A stretch of DNA of 64,000 nt, from positions 56,058 through 120,057 of IMG/VR virus record IMGVR_UViG_3300036790_000219; one strand, given 5' to 3'. The notes beneath the pieces are model-generated. The model was not told the DNA's origin. It worked only from the letters and a program-made list of their open reading frames with translations, and did not search any database. Positions 44,337 through 53,019 of this stretch are shown here, piece after piece. The position numbers were made by a program, and so were the translations under genes. Positions within the stretch are counted from its first letter, which is position 1; each line of letters begins with the position of its first letter. This DNA is from a virus.

Positions 44337-44909
44337 TCACCTTCCTCCGTGCCATTCGAGTGTTCCGTTGTTGGGTTGGACGGCTCGCGTTCCCCTTACG
44401 GAAGCGGCGGAGTTTAACCCATAATCACACAAGTATACCCATGCTTCGACTTCTTGCCCATTTGGGAGCAAAAAGTTGTGTAGCTCCCGATGGTAGAAAT
44501 TTGGGTGTCCTTCCAGCCCGTCACAAGCGGCGAACTCTTGAGCATTTACTCGGAAGAGTTCACCTTTGACAGCATGCCCAGTTCCAGCCTTTGCCAGAAA
44601 CGGAAAGCCACCAGAAGTCATCTGATAGTTTGTATCAGCAGAAACGGCTTCGCCTAGGAACGTAGCTTGGCTAAGCAATCGTGAGTAATTGCCGTAGCCC
44701 CGTTTTAGCGTGCCGTAAACGAAAATGGTATACTCTGGGGTATCTTGAACTAGCCAGATACGGGTAAGATGTGGGTACGCCCACCTGCCAGAGAACTTCA
44801 AGCAAGGCTTCCCTTTGGACGCATAGCAATAGGGGCACTCCACCCGGTAGTATCTGGATGTGTTACCCTTGAGGTTGTAGCGCAATGCATAAGTGTTTGA
44901 GCCTGACAT
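44337..44909 (-). CDS. Gamma-glutamylcyclotransferase (AIG2-like) with N-terminal CxxC module
   Basis: IFVYGTLKRGYGN, VKGELF, LEGHP.FY.R, AWVY. Confidence 0.85.
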   Translation of the reverse strand: MSGSNTYALRYNLKGNTSRYYRVECPYCYASKGKPCLKFSGRWAYPHLTRIWLVQDTPEYTIFVYGTLKRGYGNYSRLLSQATFLGEAVSADTNYQMTSGGFPFLAKAGTGHAVKGELFRVNAQEFAACDGLEGHPNFYHRELHNFLLPNGQEVEAWVYLCDYGLNSAASVRGTRAVQPNNGTLEWHGGR

Positions 44910-45407
44910 TTATTCCCCCGGTAGTTGATAGTAATTGTGGAGCGCACAAATTTCCTCTGCAAGTTTGCGAACTTGATTCTGATCCCGCCCTATCCCAAGA
45001 TTACGTGGGATAATACAAATGGGTTGATGCTTCTCATCAAAGACAACCGCGCCTTCTGCACGGCCATCTATATAGCGATCTTCAAAAGACCATTGCGGCT
45101 TTTGATCAAACCTAAATGCTGAAATTCCCACACAAGCTTCGGCGGCTTCCGTTAATGACAGCGTATCAGACGTGAGATAGCGAATGTTAGGCCCTTCCTC
45201 CAAAGGAAAGTAGAAGGGGCCTCGTGTAGCTAGATAATCTACTGCGTCACTAATCTGGAGCACTTCCAATATTGACTCGATGCAAGCGGCTTTGGTTTTA
45301 TTGTCAATACCAAATATGAGAACTTGAAACCCCGTTTCACATTTTTCTATAGACAACACTTTTGCCCCGTCTGGGAGCTCTTCACGTTTAAGTGGTCGTT
45401 CCAGCAT
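44910..45407 (-). CDS. Hypothetical protein
   Basis: GGAGG RBS. Confidence 0.5.
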   Translation of the reverse strand: MLERPLKREELPDGAKVLSIEKCETGFQVLIFGIDNKTKAACIESILEVLQISDAVDYLATRGPFYFPLEEGPNIRYLTSDTLSLTEAAEACVGISAFRFDQKPQWSFEDRYIDGRAEGAVVFDEKHQPICIIPRNLGIGRDQNQVRKLAEEICALHNYYQLPGE

Positions 45408-45419
45408 TTTGATCCTCCT

Positions 45420-45974
45420 CTATTCGTAGTGTGGACGTGTAGAAGGAAAGTGCGGGTTTGGGTACCCTGCACAAACATGGGCAGCGTACCGTCCCGTAGA
45501 TAACACACTTGAGAGGGGTCGCCGGTCCTTGTTGACCCCTTCCCGCATAAGAGAGTTAACCTGTTCGGCAAAATCGTATGCCTCATCCCGGTCATGAAAA
45601 ATACGTGGGCAATTGAATGGTGCATCTGGGTTGATTTGCTTCAACTCAAGAGCATCATTCACCCGTCGTCCGGCTGTGTAGTACCAGCCGCCCTCCTCTG
45701 CACCACCGTAGACCCGGTCCTCAAGGTAAAGTGCGACGGTATAGAATGCCACTTCGGGCGTTGCTTGATGGGCCTGCGCTTCGTCCAAATCTTCAATCTG
45801 CATATCCCCTCCTACCATTGTAAACCTAAGCCCAACCAAATCCCACCGACCGTGAAGACTGTACCTGCCAGTAAGACCACGGGTATCATGTCGAACGCAA
45901 GTTGTTTCCAAGTCATTTTGGTAAGTCTCCTTAAAACTAAATGGATGAAAGCGAGCTCGCCGAAAATACCCCAT
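45420..45974 (-). CDS. Conserved phage hypothetical protein
   Basis: DRVYGGAEEGGWYY...FP..RPHYE motif. Confidence 0.55.
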   Translation of the reverse strand: MGYFRRARFHPFSFKETYQNDLETTCVRHDTRGLTGRYSLHGRWDLVGLRFTMVGGDMQIEDLDEAQAHQATPEVAFYTVALYLEDRVYGGAEEGGWYYTAGRRVNDALELKQINPDAPFNCPRIFHDRDEAYDFAEQVNSLMREGVNKDRRPLSSVLSTGRYAAHVCAGYPNPHFPSTRPHYE

Positions 45975-46009
45975 GATTCAATTATATGAAACGTAGTCAT
46001 GAGAAATCC

Positions 46010-46363
46010 TCAGATGTTGCCGACCAACTCCGGGTCCTGTTTGGTCTCTCGGGTTTTGGTAGTGAGTTTCAGCGTGCCGTCCATAGAGGCGGCAGCCCGA
46101 ATGTCCTTCCAGTTTAACCGCACCTTACGTTTGCCCACTGCAGGCCCGATGCAGCGTCCGTTGGGGTACATTACCCCAAACATTTCACCGTGCTGAAGGA
46201 AGACAATCATAGAAGTACTACCTCCACCATCGGTTATAGTTTGATAGACGTGCCAGCCAGCGGCTATGTACTCCGCTGCCGCTTTGGCTTGTTTAGGGTG
46301 ACGAGAATTCAACGCGGCTGCGTTGAGCTCCTCTTGGGTTATATAGTGTCTACGTTTGTGCAT
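46010..46363 (-). CDS. Hypothetical protein
   Basis: AAGGAG RBS. Confidence 0.5.
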   Translation of the reverse strand: MHKRRHYITQEELNAAALNSRHPKQAKAAAEYIAAGWHVYQTITDGGGSTSMIVFLQHGEMFGVMYPNGRCIGPAVGKRKVRLNWKDIRAAASMDGTLKLTTKTRETKQDPELVGNI

Positions 46364-46434
46364 GCTTCTTCTCCTTTCGTAAGGCGTACGCCCCTGTGGG
46401 CCAGTGTGAAATACCGACCCACAGAAGCTTACGT

Positions 46435-46791
46435 CTATTCCCCTTTTACAAGGTGGTAGGTCCCATCGCTGTCCTTGCGGATGCGACCGGCGCTAAGAAG
46501 CTTCGAGAGATTGGGGCCAACGCTCTCTTTCGAGAAGCCTCGGTCCACAAAAACTTCATCGAAGTCCCCGGCAAGCATAGGAGAATTACGGAGTGAAGCA
46601 AGAACGAGCTCCGGTCCGGTAATACCCTTGTCGTGCTTACCATTAACGTACCGGCTTTTGGGGGTCTTCTCTCCCGTAGTCGGCACAACCCCGCTTAACG
46701 CAACCCGCCGCTCCCCGGCAATCAAAGCCAAGAACCAAGCGAGATTCTTCTCGTCGATGCGAAGTTTGACGTCGAAGGAAGTCAAGGTCAC
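46435..46791 (-). CDS. Winged-helix DNA-binding protein
   Basis: LSKLLSAGRIRKDSDGTYHL. Confidence 0.55.
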   Translation of the reverse strand: MTLTSFDVKLRIDEKNLAWFLALIAGERRVALSGVVPTTGEKTPKSRYVNGKHDKGITGPELVLASLRNSPMLAGDFDEVFVDRGFSKESVGPNLSKLLSAGRIRKDSDGTYHLVKGE

Positions 46792-46795
46792 CCCC

Positions 46796-47155
46796 TCAGT
46801 TCATGAGGGAAGTGAGCTTCGACTTCACTTCGTCGTAGGTCTCCCGAACCGGACGACCCGCGCCGTTGGTGTAAGTAATGCGGGTACCGGGCTTGCCGCC
46901 GTGACGCGGGTAGTATTCCCGAATCTCATCGACATAAACGGTGACTGGGAAAGTCGCCGAATCCGGTGTGGTGAACGGCGTGGGTGTAGTAGGCTGCTCC
47001 AGGTCATTCGTAGTTTGAGCAGCAACTGCGGCGTTAGCGTACGCAGTACGCTCCGCATCGGTATCGATCGCAGTGAGTTCAATAGAAGCACGCATTGGTA
47101 GGTTTCCTTCTTTTGCCCGCAATTTGGGGATTAAGCCGACCGGGGCGGGCGTCAC
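46796..47155 (-). CDS. Protein with C-terminal FlbD-like domain
   Basis: VTVYVDEIREY...TRITYTNG...VRETYDEVK. Confidence 0.45.
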   Translation of the reverse strand: MTPAPVGLIPKLRAKEGNLPMRASIELTAIDTDAERTAYANAAVAAQTTNDLEQPTTPTPFTTPDSATFPVTVYVDEIREYYPRHGGKPGTRITYTNGAGRPVRETYDEVKSKLTSLMN

Positions 47156-47407
47156 CAGTTGGCTATTCTGTGCACAAAACTGTGCTCCATTACACCGTCA
47201 CGAGAACGGTGCAACAGGCCACAGTTATTTCTTCAAGGATTCTGTCCAATAAAACCTGCTCGGACAAGAATCTGTTTGACCTGAGTTGCGCTCGTCATTG
47301 CAACAACATCCATTCGAACAGCTGCTCAATGCTGTACGCAGCTGCCATTATAACGGCCCAAGCAACTACTGTCAGCATGGCCTTTTCTGCCTTGCCTATT
47401 GGCATCA

Positions 47408-47983
47408 TCATTGTAGCGGTCCTCCCTTCGGTGGCACGGCCTGCGCGGCGCGGCGGATATCTAGCCGCCGTAACGCCACGCTTTCCGGCATCTTGACTAG
47501 CTGCTTGTGTAACTGGGTATCTTTTTGTCGCTCACGGCGGGCTTGGGTTTCGACATCAGGACGCTTCTCGTCCCACGACTGTTTGATCGCCGTGTTCAGG
47601 AATTTCTCGTCGAGTTCGAAGTCCTTATAGCCGCGCCGGATGATGTCAGCGTAATGCTGTGACGGTGGCATGATACCATCACTACTACGCATCAAGTACA
47701 TGAGTGTGTTACGCGGTCGCCCACAGTATTCGATAACGACGCCGGTCTCTTTGTAGTAGCCCGCCCCTTCGTACCGGTCTAACGCTGCTTCGTCGGCTTG
47801 ATTGATTGCCCAAAGCCCGCAAGGAACCTTATCCCCAGGGGAGTACTCAACGTCTGCCGCGCCACGGAAGACCAGCTTGGCATCCGTCAGGTAAAACTTG
47901 CCCAGCGGGCGCGCGGTAGAACACCGCTGACGCATCTGGCGCTTGTTCAAGTTTGAGCCATAACTGATGTATAGTTTTGTCAT
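47408..47983 (-). CDS. Gamma-glutamylcyclotransferase family protein
   Basis: LYISYGSNLNKRQMRQRC, LVFRG.A, LDRYEG, PSQHY. Confidence 0.85.
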   Translation of the reverse strand: MTKLYISYGSNLNKRQMRQRCSTARPLGKFYLTDAKLVFRGAADVEYSPGDKVPCGLWAINQADEAALDRYEGAGYYKETGVVIEYCGRPRNTLMYLMRSSDGIMPPSQHYADIIRRGYKDFELDEKFLNTAIKQSWDEKRPDVETQARRERQKDTQLHKQLVKMPESVALRRLDIRRAAQAVPPKGGPLQ

Positions 47984-48183
47984 TATCCTTCCCCCTTTCG
48001 TGTGTTCCAATGCTCCGTAGCGGCTCTCTCATTCGCAAATGATGATGTGGCACAGTCCACATCAAATAGCGGTCCCTCTGCGCCGCAGCTAGTACACCGG
48101 ATCTTCACATCAAAGAAGGAGTGTTCGCCACGAGCCACCCTTGCTTCGCTCGCACAGAATGGGCAATTTTTTAGCATTGTCAT
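47983..48183 (-). CDS. Lar-like restriction alleviation zinc finger
   Basis: LKNCPFC...CTSC...WNTR. Confidence 0.7.
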   Translation of the reverse strand: MTMLKNCPFCASEARVARGEHSFFDVKIRCTSCGAEGPLFDVDCATSSFANERAATEHWNTRKGEG

Positions 48184-48413
48184 TCAGTTACCTCGCTCAA
48201 GAGACCGGTCCGTAACAACGCGGCTACAAACTCGCTCTCAGAATCTGTTGGGATATAGACACCGGAGGTTTGCCGAACACGCCGCGCCATCTGTTTCATA
48301 AAGGCTTCGGTGTTTGGCTCCGGATCGCGTGACGCGGTGCGAAGCTGACGAATCACATCGCGTGAGTTATCAGCTTCGAATACCGCGCCGTCGTCTGTCT
48401 TGTAGTGTTTCAT
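48180..48413 (-). CDS. Small protein adjacent to amidoligase
   Basis: Coupled to the amidoligase stop; FVAALL..GLL. Confidence 0.55.
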   Translation of the reverse strand: MKHYKTDDGAVFEADNSRDVIRQLRTASRDPEPNTEAFMKQMARRVRQTSGVYIPTDSESEFVAALLRTGLLSEVTE

Positions 48414-49519
48414 GGTACCACCGTACTCACCACATCAACTGTGGGTGGCGAGCCAATCTCACCGTTAGAACCCACCTGCGCTGTTCCTAACGCAACTGTC
48501 CGTTGCTGCCAGAAGGCCTTATCCATATCGTCGAGTTGTAACTTCTCGTATAACTCCACGAGGGACATGGCAACGTGCGAGGGCGCGGTAGAGCCACCGG
48601 AAGAGGCAGTGGGGTCAAGCTTAAACACTTCCCGTCCGTACCGGTGCCCCATCACGACTTCGGCCGCTCCGGCGCGGCGCAAATGTCCTTGAATGTAAGG
48701 TTGAGAGCGAATACCAAGGGCCAAGCGAATATCTTCGGAAGTAGCGCCTTCCTCACGGCTTAGTAACCGGTAGATCACTCGCCGTGCCCGGCCACTTTGC
48801 CAGTACGCTCGCTCACCGATACCGTGAGTACCACCAGCAATAGGCTGGCCCGCTTCACGCACCGCCGTTTCAACCATCTTCGAGCAGAAGATCACCCACT
48901 TGATAATCTTCTGTGCATCAACGGTCCCCGAGTGGTGTCGGAATTCAACCGTGCCGTGTTTCCAATACGCGGTAAAGTTGAGCTTGACGTAGCGGTTGTG
49001 TTCCCCACCAACAGCGCTGGCGATCTCTGTCACCGTTGTAGCTTGGTTGAGCCTCACCATGTCAGCACGGGTTGCATTCGAACCGCAGTACTGATTCGCA
49101 TTGCCGCGCCGTGACGGAGGTAGCAGTTGGTCAATGAGGCACTCGTGTTGAACATAAAGTTCAGCAAGCTTCTTCAACGCCGCCACTGACATGCGGTTCC
49201 GCGCTCCGATGTGGATGTGAAGACCACAGGAACGGTTGACCACCGCGCCGAGTTGTGTCAACACCGCGCCAACCTTCTCAATCTGCTCGAAGTTGGCTTC
49301 GCTTAGCGGCGGTGACACAAGTTCCATGCCCACACCGCCCGGTACGTGCATTGACCGTAACGAACCGTCGGTAACGATCTTCCACCGTTCCCGCTCAGCG
49401 CGGTGTGTGTACCCCGCGTTGAGGCACGACACCCCGGCCGCTTCGATCGCCGCCGCCACGCCAACATACGTTGAACCGGCAGGCGCGATGAACTCAATTT
49501 CTACCCCAAAATCAAGCAT
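48410..49519 (-). CDS. Putative amidoligase (COOH-NH2 ligase fold)
   Basis: FGVEIEF, WKIVTDGSL, ELVSPPL, SCGLHIHIG, RYVKLNF, GTVEFRHHSGT. Confidence 0.9.
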   Translation of the reverse strand: MLDFGVEIEFIAPAGSTYVGVAAAIEAAGVSCLNAGYTHRAERERWKIVTDGSLRSMHVPGGVGMELVSPPLSEANFEQIEKVGAVLTQLGAVVNRSCGLHIHIGARNRMSVAALKKLAELYVQHECLIDQLLPPSRRGNANQYCGSNATRADMVRLNQATTVTEIASAVGGEHNRYVKLNFTAYWKHGTVEFRHHSGTVDAQKIIKWVIFCSKMVETAVREAGQPIAGGTHGIGERAYWQSGRARRVIYRLLSREEGATSEDIRLALGIRSQPYIQGHLRRAGAAEVVMGHRYGREVFKLDPTASSGGSTAPSHVAMSLVELYEKLQLDDMDKAFWQQRTVALGTAQVGSNGEIGSPPTVDVVSTVVP

Positions 49520-49546
49520 TCGTATTCTCCCCTTCTAACATACCGT

Positions 49547-49829
49547 TTAGTCAGCGTTGGTTGGCCAAAGATAGTGAAATTCGGTTCTAACCTGATCGCC
49601 GTTGCCACCTTTCTTAACGATGGCGGCAAGCAAAGTTGTCACGCGAAGCAACGTAATCACCGAGTGTCGCTGGACCGTTGTCATTGACGGCATTGTCGAT
49701 ACCAGCCAATTCCCAACACTCTGAGCACAGTTCGCTGTCGGCTCCTTGATCGGTGCGGCGGGTGTTGCGCCCACAGATTTCACACTTGAACACCCCACGT
49801 CCACCGCGTTCAAAGTATCGTTTAGTCAT
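49547..49829 (-). pseudogene. Cys-rich ORF apparently split by a 1-nt frameshift
   Basis: MTKRY...CEIC...CSEC...RDN continues as LLAAIVKKGG...WPTNAD if one T near 49632-49634 is removed. Confidence 0.45.
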
Positions 49830-49843
49830 GCTGGTTTCCTTCC

Positions 49844-50227
49844 TTAGTCGGCGTACGGCAAGTGATTCGACGGTCTTACCGTTCCTCGTTCCAAGAAATC
49901 GGAGATTAGCCATACACCGTGGCCGATTGGCGTAAGAGTGGCTGAGTGGTCGAGAAAGATATCCTTCTCGCCATCGGTGCGAACCCAATATTCTCGCCCG
50001 CTCAGCGGGCCGGTCTCGGAGTATTTATAGCCCCGACGCTGAAGTTCACACGCCGCTTGATTGTGGTTCATTCCTTTCCTTTGTTGTATCAGTACATTGC
50101 GCTGGCCCTGAACGTACGTATATTCGAGAAGCTTGTTAAGCCGCTCGACAAAGGCAGCATATTGAGTAGTACTGAGCTTGATACAGTTTGTAGAAGCGAA
50201 CTGCTTCGCTTGCTTCTCAAAGTTCAT
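49844..50227 (-). CDS. Hypothetical protein, first gene of the leftward operon
   Basis: GAGG RBS precedes ATG. Confidence 0.5.
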   Translation of the reverse strand: MNFEKQAKQFASTNCIKLSTTQYAAFVERLNKLLEYTYVQGQRNVLIQQRKGMNHNQAACELQRRGYKYSETGPLSGREYWVRTDGEKDIFLDHSATLTPIGHGVWLISDFLERGTVRPSNHLPYAD

Positions 50228-50650
50228 TGCTTTTTCCTCTCTTCAACAAAACGCCAAGCAGGGGCGGCCATACGGCTACGCCCCTGCGTAACTTTGTGTT
50301 GAGTTGTCTGCTGCTGTCTTGACGTACCACCGCGCCGCTCGCTCCGCCCCAGAAACCCAGTGCGTCTAAACCGGGCAACCAAAAACGGGTTGTGGCGTGG
50401 CTTTGTGTCAACCGGGGTTGGTGGCTACCCCCGCCAGTCCCTACCGCGCCGCCGCCCCTACCGCCTAGTTTGGCTCGAGGGCTACGTGGGTTTCGGGCTG
50501 ACTTACCCCTGACAGCGCGCGGTCGTCATCACCGCTCGGGCCGTAGGCGCGGCGGGCTTCCCTCTCCCAAGGGGCCACCGGCTTCTTTGGCGCACCCCGG
50601 AGTGGCGAACGTAGGGCCTGCTCATTTTCGAGATTCCGGGGTCCACCCTC

Positions 50651-50679
50651 AATATGGACGTTCCATCAAATAAAGTCAA
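50651..50679 (-). promoter_or_regulatory. Leftward sigma70-type promoter
   Basis: Minus strand TTGACT, 17-nt spacer, CATATT. Confidence 0.6.
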
Positions 50680-51091
50680 GTCCTATTTCGACAAAACCGG
50701 CAAAGATTTAGTCAAATTAAATCAATCATTTAGACACAAAAATTGACTAGTGGCTAATAAGGCTCCGAAGGCCGAGAGAAGCCCCTAGAGGAGCCGAGGC
50801 CGGGGAGGGTAGCCACGCCTGGGCGGGGCAGAAATAACTTCCCTGTGGCCGTTTGCAGGAGCCGATTATAGACCCTACCCGGCCGAAACGGGCTACTCGA
50901 CGGGTAAACGGCCCTCCGCCCGGTCTATCGCTTGACATTATATACTTTTCTACGATCCTGTAGAGTCACCGTGTTGACTCTTTTCCCACGGCCATAGGCC
51001 GTCAACCGCCCTGAGATAAAGAAACATCAATCCCACTATTGCCCCAACTGCTACTAAAGCAAATAAAAATATACACATAAATCACTCCCAA

Positions 51092-51367
51092 TTACACCAA
51101 AGGCCACTGTTTTTGTTCAAACACATGAAATACCAGATCGCCGTCATAAAACGTTCCTAGGTACTTGCCTACGGCATTAGGATGTCCGGTACCCCGCATA
51201 ATTAAGGTGCGCCGTTCTTTTAATGCGGTCGGATTACACCGATACCAAACGCATACTTGCTTATGCTGTACCTGAACACAAAGGAACTCTGCTCCCTTGG
51301 GAACCAGAATATCCTGAGTATCAACGATACCTAATGTGGCCTTCCAGACCACCTCAAGTTCAGCCAC
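51092..51367 (-). CDS. Conserved phage hypothetical protein
   Basis: LCVQVQ..VCVWY, GTGHP, YLGT..DG.LVFHVF. Confidence 0.65.
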   Translation of the reverse strand: MAELEVVWKATLGIVDTQDILVPKGAEFLCVQVQHKQVCVWYRCNPTALKERRTLIMRGTGHPNAVGKYLGTFYDGDLVFHVFEQKQWPLV

Positions 51368-51680
51368 TAAGCTTCTCCGTTTGCATGTATATAGCCAACC
51401 GCTCCTTCTTCCGCCGACGGCCTAAGAGTTTGTAGCTATAATTAATCAACTGCTCTTGCTTAGCTAATGATAGCATATACTCAAGATCCCCCACCTCAAG
51501 GGAAAGGTCTATAATATTGGTATAGTTAGTAGAAGCATTAGGGTTGTGATCTTGCTTTCCGAACCGCAGTATCTTGCTGCAGGATCGAATTACTTCAGCG
51601 CACTCTTCCATCAAAATAGTTAGGACTTCCCGTTCAAAGGGGGTAACTTGAGGGTGGGGAGAAATATAGCGTGTGGTCAT
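51360..51680 (-). CDS. MazG-like nucleotide pyrophosphohydrolase
   Basis: LMEECAEVI..CSKILRFG...LEVGDL. Confidence 0.75.
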   Translation of the reverse strand: MTTRYISPHPQVTPFEREVLTILMEECAEVIRSCSKILRFGKQDHNPNASTNYTNIIDLSLEVGDLEYMLSLAKQEQLINYSYKLLGRRRKKERLAIYMQTEKLSG

Positions 51681-51983
51681 TTTTGATCCCTAAGTATGTT
51701 TACTATTGCCCATACTGCACTAGCATTTAGGCTGAATGCCAACACCGCAATTGCACATCCGGGCAGAAACACGTGGGGTGTAGGAGTCATACCTCCTTCC
51801 TGATGCGTGTCTAAAGAAGTGACGGATAGGCCCTCGTCCAGTTCGGCTCCGATAGTCAAGCTGGAGGCTGAATACAGTCCTCTTTATCCTCAGGTATCTT
51901 TATCGGGGGTAAGGGGGAGTATTCGGCCTCTGAACCAGTTCTCACCGATAGTCAAATAAAAAAAGGTTAGGGTATAAATTGAC

Positions 51984-52012
51984 TTGCCGAAATAGGGGGT
52001 GTGTCGTATGAT
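51984..52012 (+). promoter_or_regulatory. Rightward sigma70-type promoter
   Basis: TTGCCG, 17-nt spacer, TATGAT. Confidence 0.55.
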
Positions 52013-52078
52013 TGGGTTGGAGACTATCCCAGCAGCAGGTCAAGGCTTTGATGCTTATTGGAAGGGTTGCGGTAAAAA

Positions 52079-52678
52079 ATGCCTACTGGTTACACAGCAA
52101 ACGTTCAAGAAGGCAAAATCAAGACACTACGAGAATACGCTTTGTGTTGTGCTAGAGCATTTGGTGCTCTCATCAATATGCGAGACGAGCCTTACGACAA
52201 ACCCGTTCCCAAGATATTACCAATGAATATGACCTACTACGACGAGCGAATTGCCGCCCGTCAAAAGACCTTTGACGAGGTAACTGGTTTATCAATTAGT
52301 GAGTGTACTGAGCGAGCCAGGATGGAATTTGGTCAACTGTTGAAAGCTCATTGGGAGAGAGAAAATACGCGTGCCACTCAACAGCACCGTTATGAAGAAA
52401 TGCTTACGCGCGTTCTAAACTGGAAAGTCCCGGAGGAACTGCAGGGGTTGAAGGAGTTTATGACTTCTCAACTACAAGAATCTATTGAGCACGATTGTAG
52501 CTACCGCTCTAAAGCCCCGGTGTTGTTGACTGGGAAGAACTGGCGGGCGAAGGAATTAGCTAACGTTGTTGATGATCTTGCTTGGTATTCCAAGCGCCGT
52601 CAGGAAGAGATAGCCCGTGTAGAAGATCGTAATGCCTGGCTAAAAGCATTATGGGGTTCTTTGGAGAGTTACGTATAA
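52079..52678 (+). CDS. Conserved phage hypothetical protein
   Basis: MPTGYTA...CARAFGALINMRD. Confidence 0.7.
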   Translation: MPTGYTANVQEGKIKTLREYALCCARAFGALINMRDEPYDKPVPKILPMNMTYYDERIAARQKTFDEVTGLSISECTERARMEFGQLLKAHWERENTRATQQHRYEEMLTRVLNWKVPEELQGLKEFMTSQLQESIEHDCSYRSKAPVLLTGKNWRAKELANVVDDLAWYSKRRQEEIARVEDRNAWLKALWGSLESYV

Positions 52679-52702
52679 CCGCAGCCTGAAAGGAAACCAC
52701 TG

Positions 52703-53017
52703 ATGAAACTCTTGCCGTGTCCTTTTTGCAATTCCGTTAATATTGACCCTGAAGGATGGGCGAGCACGGAACGCGCTGGTCCTGCATGTGACAATTGCGG
52801 GGGCACTGCCAACACTATCGAGCTTTGGAATACTCGTAAGGGTGAACAAGCGGAGCACGGGGTCGAAGATAGCTCTCACAATGATAGGGAAGCACATCTT
52901 TTACTCGACCTGATTTGTGCTGAGTTCACCAGTGATCCGTTGAGCGTCCAATGCTTTGACCTGCAAATAGTAGAGCGGGTGAAAATTTGCGTAGCAGCAC
53001 ACCGCTTGGAGGAATAG
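52703..53017 (+). CDS. Lar-like zinc finger protein
   Basis: LLPCPFC...CDNC...WNTR. Confidence 0.7.
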   Translation: MKLLPCPFCNSVNIDPEGWASTERAGPACDNCGGTANTIELWNTRKGEQAEHGVEDSSHNDREAHLLLDLICAEFTSDPLSVQCFDLQIVERVKICVAAHRLEE

Positions 53018-53019
53018 CC

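Noticed and set aside
50932-50966. TTGACA-based rightward promoter
   Set aside because: No -10 hexamer at 16-18 nt spacing (TATACT is 3 nt away, TACGAT 13 nt).
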